A DNA stretch of 64,000 nucleotides from positions 2,641,526 through 2,705,525 of the forward strand of contig OZ242260.1 in NCBI GenBank assembly GCA_965207065.1. Direction: 5' to 3'. The stretch comes from a bacterium. GTDB lineage: Bacteria; UBA8248. Positions within the stretch are counted from its first letter, which is position 1. Every line of letters starts with the position of its first letter. Of the stretch, positions 58,065 through 64,000 are shown one piece after another. Position numbers and translations under genes: made by a program. Below the pieces are notes generated by a model. It was not told the DNA's origin. It was given only the letters and a program-made list of their open reading frames with translations, and searched no databases.

Positions 58065-58454
58065 ATGAACAGGGCGTTGGCGGCGGGGCTTTTTCTCATA
58101 GCGGGGTTTGGGTTGATCGTGACGTTGACGAAAAGGCCCGAGCCGCCGGGACGGGTTCCCGCAACCGAGGATATGGCGCAGATCAAGAAGGGGAAATCGC
58201 TGTTCTCGCGCAACTGCATGCGCTGCCACGGGCCCGAAGCCAAGGGTTCGCGAATCGGGCCGCCGCTGGTGCACAAGGTTTACGAACCCTCCCACCACGG
58301 GGACGCCGCGTTCTTCATGGCCGTTTCGCGCGGGGTGAGGAGCCACCACTGGAAGTTCGGCGACATGCAGCCCGTGCCGGGTGTGAAACCCGAGGATGTG
58401 GCCCTGATCGTGCAATACGTGCGCTGGCTGCAGCGGAAGGCCGGTATTTTTTAG
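58065..58454 (+). CDS. Monoheme c-type cytochrome
   Basis: N-terminal anchor, CMRCH, HHGDAAF..GVRSHHWKFGDM; start uncertain (58011, 58047 or 58065). Confidence 0.85.
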   Translation: MNRALAAGLFLIAGFGLIVTLTKRPEPPGRVPATEDMAQIKKGKSLFSRNCMRCHGPEAKGSRIGPPLVHKVYEPSHHGDAAFFMAVSRGVRSHHWKFGDMQPVPGVKPEDVALIVQYVRWLQRKAGIF

Positions 58455-58472
58455 GCGAGGGAGCAAGACCTG

Positions 58473-59813
58473 GTGAACGAACGAGACGCGTTGCACGAGT
58501 TGAGGAGAAAACGCCTGCAGAGAATGGTGGCTCTGTGCGGTCGGGCGCACCCGTTCTACAAGCGCCGCTTTGCAGAGGCGAACCTCATCCCCGAGGCGGT
58601 CAAGGAACTCGACGACCTCCAGAAAATTCCCCTCACGAAAAAAGAGGATTTCATGGCGGCGCCCGAGGATTTCAGCCTCGACCCCGCCTGGCTGCCCGAG
58701 CTTCCCTTCGAGGAGCGCACCATGTGGAACGTGGCCTACACCACGGGCACCACGAGCGGGCGGCCTTCTCCTTTTTTCAACACCACGCACGATCAGTACC
58801 ACATCATGCTCCAGGCGCGGGTGTGCAACGAGGCGGAGGGTCTCGGGGCCGGCGACGTCATCGCCAATCTCTACCCGCTATCGCCCATGCCCCTGGGCGG
58901 GTTCCTCTGCTGCGTGCGCTCGGCGGAAATCATGGGGCTTCCCGTGGTGAGCGCGCTCACGGGCAGCCCGCATCCCGAATACCCCGTAAGGCGCTCGCTC
59001 GATGAAGCCGTCGACGTGGTGGCTGCCTCGGGCGCCACCGTCATCTGGGGGGTGCCGAGTTTCGTCCGCCGCTTCCTGAGGAGGGCGCGTGAGCGCGGCG
59101 TCAAGCTCGACCGCGCGCGCATGGTGCTCACCACCGGTGAGGCGGTGAGCGACGCCCTGCGCGAGGAGTATATGGATCACCTGCGCTGGTTCGGGGCGGA
59201 TGACCCCCAAGTGCGGGTGCGCTACGCGGCGACGGAGATGCAGGGCGGCCTCGTGCAGTGCGCGAACGACGCGATGCCGCACAACGTCGTGCCCGAACTC
59301 TACCTGCTCGAAGTCGTCGACCCGGAATCCGGCGAGCGCGTGCCGGAAGGAGAAGAGGGCGTGATAGCCCTCACGCACCTGCATCGCCGCGGCACGGTGT
59401 TTCTGCGCTATCTCATCGGCGACCTCATCGCGCTCAGGTGGGAGCCTTGTCCGGGTTGCGGGCGCCTGGGCGAGCGCATCGTGCGTCTGCCTAGGCGGAC
59501 GGGCGACCTGCTCAAGGTGCGCGGGATGCTCATGAATCCGGATATCGTCTTCGACCTTCTCTCGAAAGAGCGCGCGATACGCGAGTTTCAGGTGAGGATC
59601 CGCAAGTCCGCGCCCGATGACGTGGATTCGATGGACGAGATGGTCATCCGCCTGGAAGCCGAGGATTCAGAGCGCGAGCGGCTCGGCGCCTCCGTGCCGG
59701 ACAGGGTGCGGGGAGCGGTGATGATACGGCCGGTCCTCGAATTCGTGGCGCCGGGCGTTATCCACGACCCGATGCGCGACGTGAAGGCCCGCCGCCTCGT
59801 CGATGAGCGGTGA
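58473..59813 (+). CDS. Phenylacetate-CoA ligase (PaaK)-like adenylate-forming enzyme
   Basis: YTTGTTSGRP, TTGE, YAATE, RYLIGD, DLLKVRG. Confidence 0.82.
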   Translation: MNERDALHELRRKRLQRMVALCGRAHPFYKRRFAEANLIPEAVKELDDLQKIPLTKKEDFMAAPEDFSLDPAWLPELPFEERTMWNVAYTTGTTSGRPSPFFNTTHDQYHIMLQARVCNEAEGLGAGDVIANLYPLSPMPLGGFLCCVRSAEIMGLPVVSALTGSPHPEYPVRRSLDEAVDVVAASGATVIWGVPSFVRRFLRRARERGVKLDRARMVLTTGEAVSDALREEYMDHLRWFGADDPQVRVRYAATEMQGGLVQCANDAMPHNVVPELYLLEVVDPESGERVPEGEEGVIALTHLHRRGTVFLRYLIGDLIALRWEPCPGCGRLGERIVRLPRRTGDLLKVRGMLMNPDIVFDLLSKERAIREFQVRIRKSAPDDVDSMDEMVIRLEAEDSERERLGASVPDRVRGAVMIRPVLEFVAPGVIHDPMRDVKARRLVDER

Positions 59814-59895
59814 GGCCAATCGCGATCGGGGCGGGGACTATTGAATAAGTCCTGATTTCGTGATTCGACGAATGAATCGAACCAGGGGAGGGTCC

Positions 59896-59923
59896 GTAGG
59901 GACAGGTCGCGACATGTCCCTAC
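59896..59923. repeat. GTAG-type REP palindrome
   Basis: GTAGGGACAGGTCGCGACATGTCCCTAC. Confidence 0.7.
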
Positions 59924-59972
59924 GAAACCGCAAGCAATCTTCCCGCATCGGTCGGTATTGACTCACCTCCCG

Positions 59973-60398
59973 CTACCAGGCGAAGTTTCCCTTATCATCG
60001 AGAGGTGAGAAGGGATTCCAGGCGACTTCCCAATAATGCCCGTCCGGATCCTTGAAGTATCCCGAGTGGCCGCCCCAGAAGACGTCCTGCGCATGCTTGA
60101 CGATTGTGCCGCCTGCGCGTTCGGCTTCGGCTAACACCACGGCGACGTCCTCACGCGTTCGGACGTTGTAGGCCAGGGTGATCGCGCCGGTCGCCGCGCC
60201 GCTGCCGGCCCGCGGCCCGATATCCTCGATGAGCTTCTCGCGGGGATAGAGGGCGAACCCGATTCCGTTGAGCGTGAAGCAGACGATGGAATCGGCTAAC
60301 TCCTCGCTCGCAACGCGCCAGCCGAGCGCCTCGTAGAACGCCCGCGCGCGCGGAAGATCGTCCACGCCCAGGGTGACGATGCTGAGACGCTGGTCCAT
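59973..60398 (-). CDS. VOC family protein
   Basis: LSIVTLGVDDLPRARAFYEALGW, VFWGGHSGYFKDPDGHYWEVAWNP. Confidence 0.9.
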   Translation of the reverse strand: MDQRLSIVTLGVDDLPRARAFYEALGWRVASEELADSIVCFTLNGIGFALYPREKLIEDIGPRAGSGAATGAITLAYNVRTREDVAVVLAEAERAGGTIVKHAQDVFWGGHSGYFKDPDGHYWEVAWNPFSPLDDKGNFAW

Positions 60399-60457
60399 AT
60401 CGTCTCCTCCTTGGTTGTCGAAAGGCGGGAAGGTTTGCGGGTTTTGCTGTATTTAGC

Positions 60458-61162
60458 CTAGACGCCGAGATACCTCATGCGGGTTTCCTGGTCTTCGAGC
60501 AGGTCGGCGGAGGCGCCTTCCCACTGGATGATGCCTTTTTCTATCAGGTAGGCGCGCTTGGTGATGCTGAGCGCCATGCGGAAGTTCTGCTCTACGAGCA
60601 GGATGGCGATGCCTTTTTTCTGGATCTCCACCAGCACATTCTCGATGGTTTCGACGTAGGCGGGCATCAGGCCCTCGGTGGGTTCGTCCACCATGATGAG
60701 TTTGGGCTCGGTGCCAAGGCCCCGCGCCATGGTGAGCATCTGCTGCTCGCCGCCGCTCAACTGGTTCCCCTTGTTGTTGATTCGCTCCTTCAAGCGCGGG
60801 AAGAGGGAGAAAATCCAGTCGAGATGCGTGTCCAGGTTCTTGGCACCGTCGATGGGGATGCGGCTGATCTTGAGGTTTTCGAACACTGTGAGGTTGGTGA
60901 ACACCTGGCGATCCTCGGGTATCCATGAAACCCCCGCGAGCGAGACGGTGTGCGCCTCGGCCTGCGTGATGTCGGCTCCCTCCATGGTGATTTTACCGCT
61001 TTGGGGCGTCAGAAGCCCCATGACGGTCTTCATGGTGGTGGATTTTCCCGCCCCGTTCCTGCCGAGGAAGGCCACCGCCTCGCCTTCGTCCACCTTGAGG
61101 CTCAAATCGTGAAGCACGTGGCTTAAGCCGTAAAACGTGTTGATGGAATCTACTTCGAGCAT
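60458..61162 (-). CDS. livF: Branched-chain amino acid ABC ATPase
   Basis: GRNGAGKST, LSGGEQQML, DEPTEGL, LLVEQN. Confidence 0.92.
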   Translation of the reverse strand: MLEVDSINTFYGLSHVLHDLSLKVDEGEAVAFLGRNGAGKSTTMKTVMGLLTPQSGKITMEGADITQAEAHTVSLAGVSWIPEDRQVFTNLTVFENLKISRIPIDGAKNLDTHLDWIFSLFPRLKERINNKGNQLSGGEQQMLTMARGLGTEPKLIMVDEPTEGLMPAYVETIENVLVEIQKKGIAILLVEQNFRMALSITKRAYLIEKGIIQWEGASADLLEDQETRMRYLGV

Positions 61163-61896
61163 TATTCCCTCAGGTATACGCGCTGCACTTCTGCGTTCGC
61201 GCGGACTTCCTCCACCGTGCCCTCGGCGAGAAAGGCGCCGTTGTGCAGCACGGTGATTTTATCTGAAATGCCCAGCACCACCTCCATGTCGTGCTCCACG
61301 AGCACGATGGTGAGCGGATCGGCCAGGCTCTTGATGAACTCGCCCGTCTGAATCGTCTCCTCGGGGCTCATGCCCGCCGTCGGCTCATCGAGCAGGAGGA
61401 GCTTGGGGTCGGTGGCGAGGGCGATTCCGATTTCGAGATATCGTTGCTCGCCGTGCGCGAGCGTACCGCCCAGCTCGCCGCGTTTCTCCGTCATGTTGAT
61501 GCGCTCGAGTATCTCGTCCGCCCTTTCGATCAACTCCTTGTGGTTACCTATCGTCGACCACAGGTTGAAAGTCATCTTCCGTGATTGCACGGCGATGCGG
61601 ATGTTCTCCAGCACGCTCAGTTTCGGGAAGATGTTGGTGATCTGGTAGGTGCGGCCAATCCCCAGGTGGGAGCGCTCATGAGCGGGGACTTCCGATACGT
61701 CTTCTCCATCGAAGAGCACCTGCCCCGACGTAGGCAGCAGATCGCCCGCGATCATGTTGAAGAATGTCGTTTTCCCCGCGCCGTTGGGGCCGATGATGGA
61801 GCGCAACTCGCCGGCGTCGACCGAATAATCCACGGCGTCCACGGCGACGAGGGCGTCGAAATGCTTGCTCAGGCTTCTGGTTTCCAGGATAGGCAT
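61162..61896 (-). CDS. livG: Branched-chain amino acid ABC ATPase
   Basis: GPNGAGKTT, LLLLDEPTAGM, VEHDM. Confidence 0.92.
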   Translation of the reverse strand: MPILETRSLSKHFDALVAVDAVDYSVDAGELRSIIGPNGAGKTTFFNMIAGDLLPTSGQVLFDGEDVSEVPAHERSHLGIGRTYQITNIFPKLSVLENIRIAVQSRKMTFNLWSTIGNHKELIERADEILERINMTEKRGELGGTLAHGEQRYLEIGIALATDPKLLLLDEPTAGMSPEETIQTGEFIKSLADPLTIVLVEHDMEVVLGISDKITVLHNGAFLAEGTVEEVRANAEVQRVYLRE

Positions 61897-61908
61897 TTTG
61901 TCTTTCCG

Positions 61909-63111
61909 TTATTCCGGGTCGGCGGCCGCCTCGGCCGCGGCTTGTTTCGCCAGATATTTCTTCTCGCGGTATTCGAGCGTCATGTTGCGGATGGTGCCCA
62001 GAATGCCCGAGGGCACGAAGAGCACGATCAGCACGAAGATGCCGCCCACCCACGCTTCCCAGTACTGGAAGATCGCCAGATACTTCACGAACTCCACGCT
62101 CATCAACTGCCTCAGGTACCAGTAGATGAACGACCCCACCGCAGGCCCCAGGAATGTCCCCGCTCCCCCGAAGAGGGTGATGATGACGATCTGACCCGAG
62201 GTGATGAAGTGGATGTTCTCGATCGGCACCGTCTCGCCGTAAATGATCGCCAGCGCGCCCGCGACTCCCGAGATGGCCCCGCTCATCGTGAACGCCATGA
62301 GCCGGACCTTCGCCACGTTGTAGCCGCAGATGCGCGCGCGGTCTTCGTTTTCGCGAATCGCTCTGAGCACGTGGCCGAACGGCGAGCGCAGTATCTGCCA
62401 GATGATGGCGATGAAGACGACGCTCAGAAAAAAGACGAAATAATAGGTGATGTTCGCGTCCATGATGCCCACGCGCAGGTTGATGGAGCCCAGCCGCATG
62501 TTTTCGAGGCCCCCCAGCCCGTCCGTTCCGCCGGTGAGGTCGTCGAACGTCTGCGCGGAGTAGTAGAAGATCATGCTGATGGAGAGGGTGACCATCGCGA
62601 AATACACGCCGCGCTTCGAACTGCAGATGGTGCCGATGAGCCAGGCGACGAAGGTGGAGACGATGACGCAGGTGATGAGCGAGATTTCCAGGGGCAGCAC
62701 CTTGAAGGCGCTGACCATCCAGTCGGGCGCGTAGGTGTCGGGTTTGATCCAGGCGTGCATGATGCCCACGGTGTAGCCGCCCACGCCGAAGAATGCGCAA
62801 TGGCCCAGGCTGAGCATTCCGGTGTTGCCGAGCAGGATGTTGAAGGCGATGCCGAATAAAGTGTAGATGAGAATCTGAATCATCAACGGCGTGCTCGGTA
62901 CGAAGCCGCGAATCTCCGCGAGAATCTCAGCGGATGTTTCCCAGTCGTTGTCCTCGAGCCAGATGATCGAATCGTTCAAGGTGGTGAAGAAAAACGGGTA
63001 CACCAACAGGAGACCGGCGAGTATCAGTATTCCGTAGTTGTCGAAAACTTCCGATATCCAGGCCCAGAATTCCTTGGGGGTGAATCGGTTTTTTGGAGCT
63101 GCAGAGTCCAC
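61909..63111 (-). CDS. livM: Branched-chain amino acid ABC permease
   Basis: GMLSLGHCAFFG, TGGTDG, SPFGHVLRAIRENE. Confidence 0.9.
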   Translation of the reverse strand: MDSAAPKNRFTPKEFWAWISEVFDNYGILILAGLLLVYPFFFTTLNDSIIWLEDNDWETSAEILAEIRGFVPSTPLMIQILIYTLFGIAFNILLGNTGMLSLGHCAFFGVGGYTVGIMHAWIKPDTYAPDWMVSAFKVLPLEISLITCVIVSTFVAWLIGTICSSKRGVYFAMVTLSISMIFYYSAQTFDDLTGGTDGLGGLENMRLGSINLRVGIMDANITYYFVFFLSVVFIAIIWQILRSPFGHVLRAIRENEDRARICGYNVAKVRLMAFTMSGAISGVAGALAIIYGETVPIENIHFITSGQIVIITLFGGAGTFLGPAVGSFIYWYLRQLMSVEFVKYLAIFQYWEAWVGGIFVLIVLFVPSGILGTIRNMTLEYREKKYLAKQAAAEAAADPE

Positions 63112-63142
63112 TTAAAAATCTCTCCCGAGACGATAAGGATCT

Positions 63143-64000
63143 TTAATCAAAAGCGCCTTCCTGGCCGAACAACCCTCTTGGTCTCAAGAGAAGGATTACC
63201 GCCATCACGATGAAGAGCAGGATGTCGGACGCTTTTTCCCAGAAGTCGGGGCCAATCACCGTGCCCGTCCAGTTTTGAACCACGTATTGGGTTCTGCCCA
63301 CCAGGGGCGTGAGCGCCCAGAGCTGACCCAGAATCAATCCCCCGATCACCGGGCCGATGAAGCTCCCCATGCCGCCGACGACGACCACGATGAAGGTCTG
63401 CACCAGAATCAGTTCGCCCATCGTGGCGTCCACCGCGAACAGGGGCGCTATCATGACGCCCGAGAATCCGGCCAGGGCTATCCCCAGACCGAACGTGAGC
63501 CGCCAGATACGCGACACGTTGATGCCCAGCACCTTCACCATCGTGTTGTTGTTGGTGCCCGCGCGGATCATCATGCCCAGGTTGGTTCTGTAGATGAGCA
63601 CCCAGAGGAGGGCGACGAGGACCGCCGCGGTGATGATGGTGAAGCTCCTGTAGGCGGTGATGTCGAGCGTACCCGTCTTCAGGAGCGAGAACTGAAACAT
63701 TGGCGGGATGTTGAAGGGTTTTCCCGGCCTGCCCCAGATTAAGCGGACGAAGTCCGGCAGGAAGATGGACATGCCGAACATGATGAGAACGCCCGAGAAT
63801 CGCTCGTTTTCCGTATTGTATATATTGCTGATGACGTATTTCTCGAAAACCATCCCGATTCCGAACATGACGACGGGTACCATGGCGATTGCCATGATGA
63901 AACCCACGTTCGGTCCGAAAATCGGCGTGAAAATGAGGTTCGAGACCGTGTACCCCACATACGCGCCCAGCATATAGAAGGCGCCGTGCCCGAAGTTGAT
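63143..64000 (-). CDS. livH: Branched-chain amino acid ABC permease (5' end outside the window)
   Basis: INFGHGAFYMLGAY at the window edge; VVVVGGMGS, RPRGLFG. Confidence 0.9.
   Translation of the reverse strand: MNFGHGAFYMLGAYVGYTVSNLIFTPIFGPNVGFIMAIAMVPVVMFGIGMVFEKYVISNIYNTENERFSGVLIMFGMSIFLPDFVRLIWGRPGKPFNIPPMFQFSLLKTGTLDITAYRSFTIITAAVLVALLWVLIYRTNLGMMIRAGTNNNTMVKVLGINVSRIWRLTFGLGIALAGFSGVMIAPLFAVDATMGELILVQTFIVVVVGGMGSFIGPVIGGLILGQLWALTPLVGRTQYVVQNWTGTVIGPDFWEKASDILLFIVMAVILLLRPRGLFGQEGAFD

Noticed and set aside
57122-59005. Long alternative-frame or antisense ORFs (also 42101-43534, 20923-22158, 15677-16573)
   Set aside because: They fully overlap well-supported genes, have Arg/Ala/Gly-rich shadow composition typical of high-GC DNA, and show no motifs.

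Overview
GC-rich bacterial chromosomal window, about 70 CDS, no rRNA, tRNA, CRISPR array or intact transposase. Content is mostly housekeeping and accessory catabolism or transport: a complete mrpABCDEFG Na+/H+ antiporter, Fe3+/PgtC-type and branched-chain ABC transporters, a succinyl-CoA-synthetase-like pair, arsC plus aquaporin, a type III restriction-modification island, three toxin-antitoxin modules and several c-type cytochromes. Highlights read directly from the DNA: (1) the first gene is a rhodanese whose catalytic Cys codon is an in-frame TGA followed by a SECIS-like hairpin, so a probable selenoprotein that the ORF track truncates; (2) a three-gene redox cluster of a 4-His membrane protein, a SoxA-like cytochrome c with 15 Asn-Pro-Cys repeats and a diheme cytochrome c; (3) nested MITE-like elements with 9-bp target-site duplications, carrying a 117-bp core found in both orientations between the same flanks; (4) a sulP gene between two diverged copies of a ~220-bp segment that includes the 5' ends of both neighbouring genes; (5) an intergenic array of GGAGG/CCUCC-loop hairpins, a candidate sRNA; (6) a signal-less BtuF-like gene coupled to a Cys-rich DUF5522/Dph6-like fusion. 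Family names come from motif recognition only; no database search was run. Several starts were moved from the ORF track to codons with a ribosome-binding site.
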